From: a virus
Taxonomy: Duplodnaviria > Caudoviricetes
Length of the DNA: 52,328 nt
IMG/VR virus record: IMGVR_UViG_3300025103_003050
Span: 1 to 52,328 of that record
Strand: one strand, 5' to 3'
Part shown: positions 27,023-37,889 of the stretch, in pieces
Position numbering within the stretch: position 1 is the stretch's first letter
How the letters are laid out: every line of letters begins with the position of its first letter
Program-made: the position numbers and the translations under genes
Notes under the pieces: model-generated
Seen by the model: only the letters and a program-made list of their open reading frames with translations
What the model was told of the DNA's origin: nothing
Databases searched by the model: none

Positions 27023-30000
27023 TATTGAACAAATTCTTCTTTTAGTATTCTTTTCTTTTTCAAATCTTGTTGTAATTCTTCATCATCTTTTGTAAGCTTT
27101 CTCCATTGTGTTAGTAATTGATTTACAATTTTTTTAGAGTTATCAGCAATTGTAATTCCTAATTGATCAGCAATTTCTTCAATTATATCTGCGGGATCCA
27201 CATCAAATTGTTCATCAGCTCGACTTTCTTCTAAAGATGTACCAAATGGAAGAAGTCCTGATGCTGCAACTTTTTCTTCAAGATCAGTAAAATCTTCAGA
27301 AAGTTCTAATCCAGCTGCAGTTTTCCATTTCATTGGATTATATAAAAGACCTTTAGGTTTTTCAAATTTTCCATATTTTCCTAAAGTGGATGTTTTAACT
27401 AAAGCATCCCATAAGGATCTCCATAATCCCCTAACTTTAGCACTTTTAGAATTTCCTAATTGATCTAAAATTTTAGGATAATTTCCTCCTAAAAATTTAT
27501 TTCTAGCAGCTTCAATAAATTTTTTATAATCCATTAATAAAGCTAAACTATCTCCACCTAAATCAAAGCCATCATGTATTCTTGCTACTCTATTTAAAAT
27601 TAATCTCTTATGATTTAAAGGACCTGCGAATATATCAATTAATAATCCTAATCTATTAGCTGATTGAGTAAGAGTAGGAGCTCCTGGACTTCCAACTATA
27701 TTCATAGTAGCTTGTAATTCTTTTAGTGCTACAGCTATATCTCTATATGCCGCAGTAAATTCTTTACTATATAATTCATCTAATACTGGTTTATATTCAG
27801 TTAAAAAATCATCTAAAATTCTACCATCTAAAAATCCCTGTGGTTTAGTTTTAGTTATAAAATCATTTAAAAAAACTTTTCTAATATCTTTTAATAAAAG
27901 AGGATTAATTTTTTCTAAATTTTTTACCAGTGCTCCAACATCATTAGTTCTCATACGTGAAAATAAATGTGATACAATCGCTTGAGCATTATCTCTTGCT
28001 AATACTTCAGGAGCAAGACCAGGTAAAGTTCTAGTAATTGTTTCAATAGTATCAGTTTGAAATTTAACTGATTTTTCAAATGATTCCATTGCTGCTTTAT
28101 TGGAAGTAGCAAATTTATTATATAAATTATCACCTAAAATTAATCTATAATTTTTTCCAAACTTTGCCATAAATTGACTATGTGACATTTCTGCTGGTTG
28201 TAATTTACCATTAACCATTTTAGGAATAACTTTATTATAATAATTTTCATATAAAGCATTAGTTATTTTATTAATATCTTGTTGTTTAAATAACATTCCT
28301 TTAAGATCACCTTTAGTAGTAAGTTTTTGTAACTGTAATAAGTTACCTAATTTTTCAGCATTAACTAATCCCTCATCAGTATTATTAATAAACCGTTTAA
28401 ACATATTTTGAACATTTCCTTCTAACTTCATGTTAAATCCGCCATCACGTTTTAAAGCTATTTTAAATTCATCAGCAAATTGAGTGAGAGCTGATCCTTG
28501 ATAATTATTTACTAAATCTCCCCATGTTTGATGAGCATTAATAAGTTTTTGATTTCCGGATGCTTCAATTGCATTATCCATTCCATCTTTTAAAACACCT
28601 TTCATATGAGTTAATACATTCATTTCTGAAGATGATATTTTTCCTGATAATTGAGTTTCAGCTTCTTTAATATAAGCATGCCAAGCTTTAGCTTGTGAAT
28701 AATTTAATTTATCACCTTTTGACATTTGATTTATTGCCTTTTTAAAAATACTAAGTCCTTTTGTTTGATTTACAGGAACTACTCCACCATTAAGAAATTT
28801 AAGAAATGTATGATAATGTTCATATTCATTTAATTTTGCATTATAATTTTTAATTTCTTCAACTGATGCATTTTTTTTAGGTTTTTTAGGTTTTTTAGGT
28901 ACTACTTTTACATCTAAAGTTTTTTTCAATTTATTAATTAATTTTACACTATCTTTTCCTGACATTACGACTGGAATATTTTTTGCTTGTGTAGTAAGTA
29001 TAGCGTCCGCTGTACTCCACACTGCTTTTATTTCTTTTTGTAAATTATTAAATACTACACCTAATTCATCAATCTGTCTTATTTCTGGAGCTAGCCAATT
29101 TTCTTCCCAATTTTTAGCTAATGTTTGTTCAGCATTTTGTATTTCTAATCTTGCTTTTTCTATTTCAAGTTTTCTTATACTTTTAATTTCATCACCTATT
29201 TTTATAATTATATCATCTTTTACTTTAGGAGATAGATTTACATCATCTAGTCCAGATAATTTTTTAATTACTTTTTCTTCAACTTTATTTGCAGTTAATT
29301 TTTTTTCAAGAGCTTCTAATTTTTTTGCAAAAATTTTATCTTCTTTAGTTCCCTTTGAAATAATTCCTGATTCAGGTAAAGCTCTTGCTACACTTATAGC
29401 TGTATATTCATTAGCTAAATTTTCAGGAACTCCTAATTGAACAATTTTATTTCTAGCTACTTCTATTTTTTTAATTAAATCATCATCGAAAGTTATTTCT
29501 CCTTTTAATACTTTTTTAATAGAGTCATAAGAAAGTCTTTCTTTACCCATTGATAATATAGATTTTTTAATTGCTGAACCAGCCACTAACATTGCTGGAG
29601 TTAAAACTAAATCAACCCCTGTCATTACTAATGCACTATTTCTAGCATATTTTTCAAATTCTTCATCATTCATATATGATGAACTTTCTGGATCTGTATT
29701 TAACTTAAATACATGTCTTCCTATCAACAATCTTCCATACTCTCCTACATATGTTCCACCAGCTGAACCTGCAACTAATCCATAAGGTCCTCCAAAACTT
29801 CCTATAATAGCACCTGTAATTGCAGTTGCAACTGGAAGTAAATCTCCACTTATTGAACCTATATCTCCTAAATTAGGAATTAAACTAGGAGTATTAGCAG
29901 CGACCCATTTATTATCTCCTCCTAATTCTTCTGGTGTTCTATAAATTAAAGTATTAAATTCACGATATCCTAATGATTTATTTCCTACTGTTTGCCATTT

Positions 30001-30525
30001 AAATTGAATTTGATCATCTAAAGATTCAACTAATTCTTTACTATATCCTTTTTCATCTACTAGCCATTTTTTATATAAATTTTTAGATTCAGCTAAAGTT
30101 ATATCATCATTTGGAACAGTAAAACTTAATTTAGTTCTAATAATAGAAGGAAGTTCTTTATTTTTATCAGTAGTAATTCCCCATACATTTAATGTCTCTG
30201 CTGAAGAAGGAGTATATTCATCCATATATAAACTTTCTCCACTCCAATCATCTGCCGCTGGACTATTTTCAACTTCAAATCTTTTTTCCGCTACTTTCTT
30301 TTTTGTCTCTTTTATTAAATTAACATCGTAACCTTCATTTTCTACAAATGACTCTGTATTTGTTACTTTACTTAATTTTTCATCTTTTAATTTTTCTCTA
30401 TTTTCTAAATAAGTATCTAATTCAAGTTCACCTGTAACTAAACCTATTGCATCATTTTTATCAATTTCGTAAGTCGAAATAAGTTTATTAACTTTATCTT
30501 TTTGAATTTCATTAAGTTCTGCCAT
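27022..30525 (-). CDS. Large internal virion / DNA ejection protein
   Basis: 1167 aa, helical, with a glycine-zipper hydrophobic segment; last gene of the tail module. Confidence 0.65.
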   Translation of the reverse strand: MAELNEIQKDKVNKLISTYEIDKNDAIGLVTGELELDTYLENREKLKDEKLSKVTNTESFVENEGYDVNLIKETKKKVAEKRFEVENSPAADDWSGESLYMDEYTPSSAETLNVWGITTDKNKELPSIIRTKLSFTVPNDDITLAESKNLYKKWLVDEKGYSKELVESLDDQIQFKWQTVGNKSLGYREFNTLIYRTPEELGGDNKWVAANTPSLIPNLGDIGSISGDLLPVATAITGAIIGSFGGPYGLVAGSAGGTYVGEYGRLLIGRHVFKLNTDPESSSYMNDEEFEKYARNSALVMTGVDLVLTPAMLVAGSAIKKSILSMGKERLSYDSIKKVLKGEITFDDDLIKKIEVARNKIVQLGVPENLANEYTAISVARALPESGIISKGTKEDKIFAKKLEALEKKLTANKVEEKVIKKLSGLDDVNLSPKVKDDIIIKIGDEIKSIRKLEIEKARLEIQNAEQTLAKNWEENWLAPEIRQIDELGVVFNNLQKEIKAVWSTADAILTTQAKNIPVVMSGKDSVKLINKLKKTLDVKVVPKKPKKPKKNASVEEIKNYNAKLNEYEHYHTFLKFLNGGVVPVNQTKGLSIFKKAINQMSKGDKLNYSQAKAWHAYIKEAETQLSGKISSSEMNVLTHMKGVLKDGMDNAIEASGNQKLINAHQTWGDLVNNYQGSALTQFADEFKIALKRDGGFNMKLEGNVQNMFKRFINNTDEGLVNAEKLGNLLQLQKLTTKGDLKGMLFKQQDINKITNALYENYYNKVIPKMVNGKLQPAEMSHSQFMAKFGKNYRLILGDNLYNKFATSNKAAMESFEKSVKFQTDTIETITRTLPGLAPEVLARDNAQAIVSHLFSRMRTNDVGALVKNLEKINPLLLKDIRKVFLNDFITKTKPQGFLDGRILDDFLTEYKPVLDELYSKEFTAAYRDIAVALKELQATMNIVGSPGAPTLTQSANRLGLLIDIFAGPLNHKRLILNRVARIHDGFDLGGDSLALLMDYKKFIEAARNKFLGGNYPKILDQLGNSKSAKVRGLWRSLWDALVKTSTLGKYGKFEKPKGLLYNPMKWKTAAGLELSEDFTDLEEKVAASGLLPFGTSLEESRADEQFDVDPADIIEEIADQLGITIADNSKKIVNQLLTQWRKLTKDDEELQQDLKKKRILKEEFVQ

Positions 30526-30536
30526 ATCATTTCATT

Positions 30537-31868
30537 TTAATTAGAAGTTGAAGAAGTATTTCCAGTTATAATTTCTTGAATTCCTTTTTTAATATCTTCT
30601 TCTTTTCCTATTTCTTTTTCTAACCAAGCTTCATAAAAACCACCTTTAGCTTCCATGTCTGCATATTTAGGTTGTAATTTATTATAATAATAAGCATTAA
30701 TAAGTTGAAAAGAAGTTTGAGCTTCTTCAACACCATATAATTCCATTAAAGCTTTTGATAATACCTCTGGTTTCATTTCTGATTTAAATTTTTCAGCTAA
30801 TTCTAAAGCCGCTGCCTCTTGTGAATCTTGTCTAAAAGTAGTATTTAACTCTCCATCAGCAGGAAAAGCTATGTCAAAAGATTTACTATGAGCTAATTTT
30901 GCAATCTCTGATATTGCTTTATCAGCAGAAACCATTACTCTTAAAGCATCGGGATTTGTACTAATATCTCCTTTTGTTGCTTTTAAAATTTCCAAGTCTT
31001 TATTAGATACTGGATATAGTTTTTTAGCTTCTCCTACGACTTGTTCAAAAGTAGCTGCCTGAAATATTTCTTTAAATAGATTTTTTTCATCCAGAGTTAA
31101 TTCATTATCTTTTCGATTTTCTTTTCCTAACATTGTTAATAAATCATTATATTTATCATCCATCTTTAATTCACTTATAATTTTCTCTAAAGGTTTTAAA
31201 GCTGATGCAATAATACCAGTAGGTGGATCTTTTCCTTGAAGTGCTAATTTATATATAGCATCAAAACGAGTGTCAATAGATATCTGTTTATCAAGATCAG
31301 ACTCATAAGCTTTGCTATATGCATCATATTTACTAACATGAGATAGTTCTTTTCCACCCATAAATTTTTTCTCAGGATTTTTAGCTTTATACCAAGCTAT
31401 ATCTTCAGCAGTGAATTTTCCTTCAGCTTTAAGTAGTCCTTCAGAAATCATGCCTAAAGGTGATTTAGCTTGACCTAGTGGTTTAATACCAGATGAAGCA
31501 GTTATAATTTCTAAACCTCTTAATATATTTCTTCTTTTCTTTTTATCAGACCATACTTCGTCAATTTTATTAGGTAACTCTGTAGCAATATTTTCAAAAG
31601 CTGATCCGATAACTTCTGTAAACTTGGATAAACCAGTTTTCTCTATATCTGGTTTTGGCTTTGGTAAAATAATTTTATCATTTAAAGCAGCTCCGCCTTC
31701 AACTTCTATTTTATCATCTACTACTATTTCATTTTTATCATCTATTATTTCAGTTGTATCTTTTAATTTATTAACTCTATTTCCGTCTTTATCTAAAATA
31801 CCAAGCTCTATTAATCTTTCTTTATTTTTTTCGTGATCTAATTCATCAAATTCATAAACTTCAGCCAT
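30537..31868 (-). CDS. Putative internal virion / ejection protein
   Basis: Position between ejection-type genes; helical composition. Confidence 0.55.
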   Translation of the reverse strand: MAEVYEFDELDHEKNKERLIELGILDKDGNRVNKLKDTTEIIDDKNEIVVDDKIEVEGGAALNDKIILPKPKPDIEKTGLSKFTEVIGSAFENIATELPNKIDEVWSDKKKRRNILRGLEIITASSGIKPLGQAKSPLGMISEGLLKAEGKFTAEDIAWYKAKNPEKKFMGGKELSHVSKYDAYSKAYESDLDKQISIDTRFDAIYKLALQGKDPPTGIIASALKPLEKIISELKMDDKYNDLLTMLGKENRKDNELTLDEKNLFKEIFQAATFEQVVGEAKKLYPVSNKDLEILKATKGDISTNPDALRVMVSADKAISEIAKLAHSKSFDIAFPADGELNTTFRQDSQEAAALELAEKFKSEMKPEVLSKALMELYGVEEAQTSFQLINAYYYNKLQPKYADMEAKGGFYEAWLEKEIGKEEDIKKGIQEIITGNTSSTSN

Positions 31869-32944
31869 TAAACCTCCTTAAAGTCTACATCAAGTTTATT
31901 ATAATCTACCATTAAATATCCAAATTGATTAGGAGTAGCCGCTTGTGGTACTTGATGAGCCATTACACCTTGATATGTTTTATCATCACCTAGATATTTA
32001 AAGTTATAAATTTTAATGCCTTTAGGAGATTTTCCTACTAATTTAATATCTTTCTTTAATCTTATATCAGACATAAATTGTGCTCCAGCTAATGCTGCAC
32101 CTGTTACTTGACCAAAGATACTTGGGCCAGCTACTGGTGTTCCTACTGATCCTGATCTTTCTTCTCCATAACTTCTTATAGGAGCACCTGATAAAGCTCC
32201 AACCATTTGTCTTATTTGTCCAGCAGGATATTCTCTTGCTTCTATAAAGTCACGATATCCTTCTGCTAATTTAGCTTGTTCTATTCCACGTGCTTGTGCA
32301 CCAAAAGCTTGAAGACCTTGCGCACCTGATTGTAAAGCTCCTATCTGAGTAGTTGCAGCACCTAGTTGTTGACCTAGTCCTGCCATTTGTGCTTGTCTAT
32401 CTTGAGCAAATCTACTTGCACCTGATTCAAAACCAGCTTGTCTTAATCTTGCTGTTGTATCAGCTACTGAATCTAAATATCTTTCTTGTCCTAATACATT
32501 TTCTATACCCTGTCTGGATCCACCAAAAGCACCTGCCCCTACAGCAGAAGCATCCATAGCTGTTCTACTTCTACCATAAGCATCACCTAAATCTCCTAAA
32601 GCTCCTGAAATAACTTGAGCTTCATAAGGATTAGCATAAGTTGCAGCTGTTGCTGTATCATAAGTTTGCGCACCAGCATTTGCTATTTGTTGACCTATAC
32701 CAGCTAATTGTCCAGCTTGAGGAATTACTTGTTGAGAATATACATTTTCTGCTGCAATTTCTTGAGGATCAAGTGCAGCTATACGTTGACCTTGATACGC
32801 AGTATAAGGTTGAGCAAATACATTTTCTGCTGTTCTTAAAGTTCGTTCTTGAATTTCTTTAAAGTATTCAGGTATATCATAGCTAGTCGATGACTGCGAT
32901 GGTGCCTGTACTACTGTTGTGCTTGGTTTGAATATACTACCCAT
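31868..32944 (-). CDS. DNA transfer (pilot) protein with C-terminal peptidase S74-like chaperone domain
   Basis: Gln/Ala/Gly-rich, YANPY and GAFGGSRQG motifs; SDIRLKKDI...GVMAHQV...VDY. Confidence 0.7.
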   Translation of the reverse strand: MGSIFKPSTTVVQAPSQSSTSYDIPEYFKEIQERTLRTAENVFAQPYTAYQGQRIAALDPQEIAAENVYSQQVIPQAGQLAGIGQQIANAGAQTYDTATAATYANPYEAQVISGALGDLGDAYGRSRTAMDASAVGAGAFGGSRQGIENVLGQERYLDSVADTTARLRQAGFESGASRFAQDRQAQMAGLGQQLGAATTQIGALQSGAQGLQAFGAQARGIEQAKLAEGYRDFIEAREYPAGQIRQMVGALSGAPIRSYGEERSGSVGTPVAGPSIFGQVTGAALAGAQFMSDIRLKKDIKLVGKSPKGIKIYNFKYLGDDKTYQGVMAHQVPQAATPNQFGYLMVDYNKLDVDFKEV

Positions 32945-33392
32945 TGACTATAAAAGTTCCTCCTATAACTTTAAAACCTAATTTAATAAAGGCATTGTTT
33001 TTTCTTTCAACATCTTTACCTTGGAATATTTCACATATAGCAGTAACTTTATGAGCTAATGCATATTCCTTAAATACTATCATTAAAGAACGAAAAATGC
33101 TAAATCTTCGATGTTGTGGACTTACATGTAACCATAAAGTTCTCATAAACTTTTTATCACTATACCACGTTTCATCTACTGTAGCAGCTAATGTTCCTAC
33201 AATAATATTTTCATATTCTACTACTATAACAAAACTATTCTTAATGTAAAATACTATATTTTCTAATGCTTTCTTATTATTAGTATTTCCAAAGTTAAAA
33301 GGAGCCTCTATTAACCATGTTTTTAATAATTCTCTTATTCGAACAGCATCAGAAATCTGTGCTTTTCGTATTTTATATTTATCTTTTTCCAT
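32937..33392 (-). CDS. GNAT acetyltransferase in the tail module
   Basis: IRKAQISD, LHVSPQHR, F.KLGF. Confidence 0.75.
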   Translation of the reverse strand: MEKDKYKIRKAQISDAVRIRELLKTWLIEAPFNFGNTNNKKALENIVFYIKNSFVIVVEYENIIVGTLAATVDETWYSDKKFMRTLWLHVSPQHRRFSIFRSLMIVFKEYALAHKVTAICEIFQGKDVERKNNAFIKLGFKVIGGTFIVNG

Positions 33393-35223
33393 CAGCTCTT
33401 AAATTCACTCTTAAAGTTCCAAATCTCCAATTGTCTCCTATCGCTGTATTTTCAATTTTAATATTAGATTGTCTACCACGGATTCGAGTATTAATAAACC
33501 CTGTTGTGTTACTAACAGTTACAGTTTCACCAACAGTGGTATTACCATAAGGATAATCTCGTGTAGTTAAAGTAATTAAAGCATTTCCAGTCTGATTTTG
33601 AAAATCAGGTATTATTTTGTTTATAAACATAAATTGTTCACCATCTGCTAAATCCCCATCACCAGATTGAATATATGCTGTTAAAGCAGAGCCATCAGCA
33701 TCTACACCATCTTCCATTCTATAAATTAAACTTCTTCCAGCTGTTAAACCATTTATTTGAGAAATCGTATTAGAAGTAGAATTAGCTGTATATGAAGTAG
33801 CTAAAGGATTTAATTCAACTCCGTTATCTTGATATGTACTTCTATTCATAGTTCCAAAACACCAGGAGTTTTCTAAATAATTATATATGACATATCTATC
33901 ATTTTGATCAGAGGAACTAGAAGGGTAATACCATATTACTTCAGAAAAATTAGAGTTTTGTGCAGCATAAACCTGCGCATATTGAACTTTATTTATATCA
34001 TCAAATATATGATTTAATACAGGACAAGGTATTTCTTGAACAGCACCAGCATATCTAAAGAATTGTCCATCGGACATCCAATAAGCTATATCATCTATTA
34101 CTATTGCAGAATTAAGACCTACAGCTCCACAATCATTACCTAATTGTCTAAAACCAAATATAAAAGGAGGACCAATAAAAGACATTGATTGCATTGTAGT
34201 ATCAGTCCATACTAGAATAGTTCCTTTAGCAGGACGTGCACATCTAATTTCACTTCCTCCTGCTATTCTTTGTGATCCAGCTGAATTAGTTACATTAGGA
34301 GTCCATTGATTATATTCTTCTTGATCAGACCAACGAATAAACATTTTATCTTGAGTTGAAGTATTACCAATAGAAGTTTCTGTACCCATACATACTACGT
34401 GTCTAGTTTCAGTAGATACCATTGATAAAGTTGATTTAGTTGGTGCATTAGCAATTATTGTAGCTCTATTACCTGTCATTCCACCTGATAAATCCCATTC
34501 ATAAGTTCCACCTTCTTTTTGAGTAATAATTAAATCTTCTCCCCAATTATTTATAGACCATAATCTTGCATCAATAGTTACATTTGAAGTTGTTCGAGGA
34601 GTTCCCCATGTACTTGCACTCCAAGCACCTGAACCCCAACCATATCCGAAAGTTTGAAGACTAGGACCTACATTTAATTGATAAGTTGCTGTACAATTAC
34701 CAGTAGGACCAACTGTTGAAGTAGCAGTAGCATTACTTTGAATTACATAAGCATCTACATTAGTAACTGATAAGATTTCATATTCAGCATCTAAAGTTGC
34801 AGCTGCAATTCCTCCAACTGAAGTGCTGGTACTACTTAAAGTTACAAAATCTCCAGTTGTAGCTCCATGATTTAAATCTGAAATAGTGACATTAGCACTC
34901 GTGTTAGTGGTTGTAAAAGCATTAACTAAATTAGCTGTTTCTCTTATAGGAGTAATATCTTGACTATCACCAGAAGCATAAGTATAGACTTTTCTATCTG
35001 TTCCTAAAGCTTCATATCTAGCTCCTGATAAAGAAAACCATTGTTCTAAAGCTCTTCCTACTCCTACATAATAAGCTTGACTAAATTTATTCCATCCTCC
35101 TAATTTTTGAGGAAGTCCTTTACGAAATCTGATTTTATCTCCGTCAATCCATCTACCTTCTGCTCCGGTTTCTGTATTTTCGGTGTCTAATCCAGGTTGA
35201 AAATTTAACTTTGTTAATGGCAT
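33379..35223 (-). CDS. Tail nozzle / stabilisation protein (tail tubular protein B-like)
   Basis: 614 aa beta-rich protein with IRWSDQE, CGAVG, EVIWYYPS; podovirus synteny. Confidence 0.7.
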   Translation of the reverse strand: MPLTKLNFQPGLDTENTETGAEGRWIDGDKIRFRKGLPQKLGGWNKFSQAYYVGVGRALEQWFSLSGARYEALGTDRKVYTYASGDSQDITPIRETANLVNAFTTTNTSANVTISDLNHGATTGDFVTLSSTSTSVGGIAAATLDAEYEILSVTNVDAYVIQSNATATSTVGPTGNCTATYQLNVGPSLQTFGYGWGSGAWSASTWGTPRTTSNVTIDARLWSINNWGEDLIITQKEGGTYEWDLSGGMTGNRATIIANAPTKSTLSMVSTETRHVVCMGTETSIGNTSTQDKMFIRWSDQEEYNQWTPNVTNSAGSQRIAGGSEIRCARPAKGTILVWTDTTMQSMSFIGPPFIFGFRQLGNDCGAVGLNSAIVIDDIAYWMSDGQFFRYAGAVQEIPCPVLNHIFDDINKVQYAQVYAAQNSNFSEVIWYYPSSSSDQNDRYVIYNYLENSWCFGTMNRSTYQDNGVELNPLATSYTANSTSNTISQINGLTAGRSLIYRMEDGVDADGSALTAYIQSGDGDLADGEQFMFINKIIPDFQNQTGNALITLTTRDYPYGNTTVGETVTVSNTTGFINTRIRGRQSNIKIENTAIGDNWRFGTLRVNLRADGKR

Positions 35224-35261
35224 AATAATAAGTATATAACAAAATTATTAAATTTATACTA

Positions 35262-35308
35262 AAAATTAAGGAGCATGAGGGGTGGTGTGGATATATATCT
35301 CATGCCCC
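35262..35308 (-). terminator. Hairpin with C-rich loop followed by U-rich tract
   Basis: GGGGCAUGAG/CUCAUGCUCC stem, then UUAAUUUU, after the last oxygenase gene. Confidence 0.55.
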
Positions 35309-35324
35309 AAGATTATGTTTTATA

Positions 35325-35960
35325 TTACTTTTTAGGTAAAGTAAAGCCTTTATACCAGGCAGGAACGCCTAGAAATGGACGTTTATCAAACTCATTTTCT
35401 TTAGCTAATTTAGAACCTTTTTTATTATAATGTAAAAATACTTGTGCACAATCTTTACCAGTAAATTCTTCTCTCCAATGTTCAAGATCACATCCGGAAT
35501 ATATTAACATGTCACCTGGTTCTAGTTTTACTTTAATACCAGCTTGACCTTCTTTACTTGTTGGGTCTAAATATATAGGCCAATCATCACCACCTAGATT
35601 TAAAGTAGTAGATATTTCACAACTAAATCTATCTTTGTGTCTAGCTAAAACATCTCCTTTTTTATATATTCTTGCATAAGAATATGTTTCACTTAATTTT
35701 AATTTAGTATGTTTCTCCATTACAGGTTTAACTTTCTGTAGTAAAGTCTCCATAACTAAATCACTATAATGAGAATAAGTATTAGGAACTTGTTGATCAT
35801 TCCATACTCCCCAATACTCTGTAAATGGTGATATATATTTTTGATTAAATAAAAATTGCGCAACCTTTCTTTTATTTAAGAAATAAGCAAAAGAAAAATC
35901 TGCTAATTCTCTACTAATAGCGCCTTTTAATACTGTATATTTATTTTTTTTGAATGACAT
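35325..35960 (-). CDS. 2OG-Fe(II) oxygenase
   Basis: HKD...HWR facial triad; QVFLHY. Confidence 0.8.
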   Translation of the reverse strand: MSFKKNKYTVLKGAISRELADFSFAYFLNKRKVAQFLFNQKYISPFTEYWGVWNDQQVPNTYSHYSDLVMETLLQKVKPVMEKHTKLKLSETYSYARIYKKGDVLARHKDRFSCEISTTLNLGGDDWPIYLDPTSKEGQAGIKVKLEPGDMLIYSGCDLEHWREEFTGKDCAQVFLHYNKKGSKLAKENEFDKRPFLGVPAWYKGFTLPKK

Positions 35961-36705
35961 TTAAATCTCCTTTTGTTGGTTGTCCATTTTGAATATTTAA
36001 TACTCCTTTGGGTATGGCTTGACAGTTCCAGTGTATAAATCTAAAAGGTTCATATCCCATATCTACTATATATTGATGAGGCATATAAGATGGAAAAAAA
36101 ATCATTTTTCCAGGTTTTACTTCATAATTAATTTGTGTAGTTGCATATGTAACTTTTGTTTTATCTTTTTCTGGTAAAAGATTCATTATATTACCAGGTC
36201 TTGGATCTTCAAAGAAAGGTCGTGATGTTTTTTCACTAGCTTTTAAAAAATAAAAACCAGAGATATGACCATTCCAATGAGTGTGTAAGGTATGATGTCC
36301 ACCACCTTTTTTAGCAAACTCTTGTACCCATAATTCTGTAGTAAATAACTGATGACCAGACATCTCAAAACCCATTTCTTCTAATAGATTATATGCCGTA
36401 GCACCTATATAATTTTGTAGTTCTAAAAAATTAGGATCTCCAATTAAAGAAGTCGAATGAAAAACATGTCCCATATCTCCTTTATCTCCAAACTTTTTAT
36501 TTCTTTTATCTATATCTTTTTTTAAATTTTTCTTGGCAGTTTCAATATATTTATCAGAAGCTTTATTCAATTCATCTACAAATGCCGGTTCATCTACATA
36601 CCATACAGGACATTTAAATAAATCTTCTCTGGCTAATTCTCGAGGAAAAGACTTAGCACTGCCACAGGATATTTTATCGAATTGTTTTTTACTTCTTTTT
36701 TTCAT
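35941..36705 (-). CDS. 2OG-Fe(II) oxygenase family protein (TIGR02466-like)
   Basis: HTH...ISGFYF, FEDPR, FPSYMPH. Confidence 0.75.
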   Translation of the reverse strand: MKKRSKKQFDKISCGSAKSFPRELAREDLFKCPVWYVDEPAFVDELNKASDKYIETAKKNLKKDIDKRNKKFGDKGDMGHVFHSTSLIGDPNFLELQNYIGATAYNLLEEMGFEMSGHQLFTTELWVQEFAKKGGGHHTLHTHWNGHISGFYFLKASEKTSRPFFEDPRPGNIMNLLPEKDKTKVTYATTQINYEVKPGKMIFFPSYMPHQYIVDMGYEPFRFIHWNCQAIPKGVLNIQNGQPTKGDLNVIQKK

Positions 36706-36709
36706 ATAA

Positions 36710-37243
36710 TTAATCTGTTGCGATATTAAGTACTATCCTTCTTTTTGTATCTGTTTGAACATAACCGTTGTGTTTTGAACTATTTTTAAAAATCAAAGCT
36801 TGATTTTTAATAGACTTATAATCTTTTTTATTAATAGTCGTACCACCATTACATGTACTAAAATTTAAAATAGTTGTATCAACATCATTCATAACTTTTC
36901 CTTTCGCATCCCTTATATCATAATGCTCAGCATGGTCAATTCTTTTCCCTTGGTTAGTATATAAGTTTAATTTCATTCTTCTCAATTGAGTTACTTTTAC
37001 ATGGGCGTCTATAAAATATAAAATAGGTTCAAAGGTTTCAAAATAAGGAGAACTTCTACCTTTTTCAAAATCCCATAGTATATGTGTAAACATAAAATTA
37101 TCATCTAAGGGTTTGTCATTCTTTTTCGCTGAATTTTCAATCCAGAACCAGTTAAAATTATTATTAAAAATATTATTTAATTTATTAAAAAATAAAGCTG
37201 GTAGAAAATTATCTTTTATTTGAATGGCCACCCTAAATTCCAT
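36710..37243 (-). CDS. 2OG-Fe(II) oxygenase-like protein
   Basis: HYD...NGGT...KH...RIVLN. Confidence 0.7.
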   Translation of the reverse strand: MEFRVAIQIKDNFLPALFFNKLNNIFNNNFNWFWIENSAKKNDKPLDDNFMFTHILWDFEKGRSSPYFETFEPILYFIDAHVKVTQLRRMKLNLYTNQGKRIDHAEHYDIRDAKGKVMNDVDTTILNFSTCNGGTTINKKDYKSIKNQALIFKNSSKHNGYVQTDTKRRIVLNIATD

Positions 37244-37842
37244 ATTACTAAACTATGTCTAGATCCTTTTTTAACTGGACATACTCTATGCCAAACAAAT
37301 CCAGGAAATACAACCAAGGATCCTTTAGGAAGTATTTCTGTACATTTTATAATATTACGTTTTTTATCAGGGTCTAAATTTCTAAAATCAAATTCGAGTT
37401 CCCCACCTTTATATTCTTTAGGATCTGATAATGTCACAGTTACTGATAGTTTTCTAATTTTACCATTTGAAGGATCACCTTGTTGTCTTTGATAAGGTTT
37501 ATCCCAACCATCACAATGCCAATCATAGTATTGACCTTTATTATATTTTGTAAATTGACAAGACTCAGAAAAATCCCATTGAAAATTCCAACCTGCACTT
37601 TGATTTGCTTGGTGAACATAAGGTTGTATTTCTTTATATATCCAACGATCATTCATCCATACAATATCTGAATTTCTTTTCTTTTTTAAATCTTTAAATT
37701 GTTGTTGATTTAATGGTTTATCTCCATATCCACCAGTAACGGCCATTTGATCTTGTAAAGATTTTCCATAACGAACAATATCATCACAAATCCTTTCAGG
37801 AATTACTGATTTAAAGTACCAATAATAATTAGTTAGGTTCAT
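37216..37842 (-). CDS. Prolyl 4-hydroxylase / PKHD-type 2OG-Fe(II) oxygenase
   Basis: YDWHCD, RKLS, YKGGEL, FP.FVWHRV.PV..G.R.SLV.W. Confidence 0.88.
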   Translation of the reverse strand: MNLTNYYWYFKSVIPERICDDIVRYGKSLQDQMAVTGGYGDKPLNQQQFKDLKKKRNSDIVWMNDRWIYKEIQPYVHQANQSAGWNFQWDFSESCQFTKYNKGQYYDWHCDGWDKPYQRQQGDPSNGKIRKLSVTVTLSDPKEYKGGELEFDFRNLDPDKKRNIIKCTEILPKGSLVVFPGFVWHRVCPVKKGSRHSLVIWNLGWPFK

Positions 37843-37889
37843 AATTTTAAATATACCTGGTTAAAATATATTTAAACAAAAATAAAAAG

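Noticed and set aside
35325-37842. TET/JBP role of the 2OG oxygenases in the DNA modification pathway
   Set aside because: Motifs resemble prolyl-hydroxylase or TIGR02466-type families, and the genes lie in the tail module 20 kb away. Not excluded, but unsupported.
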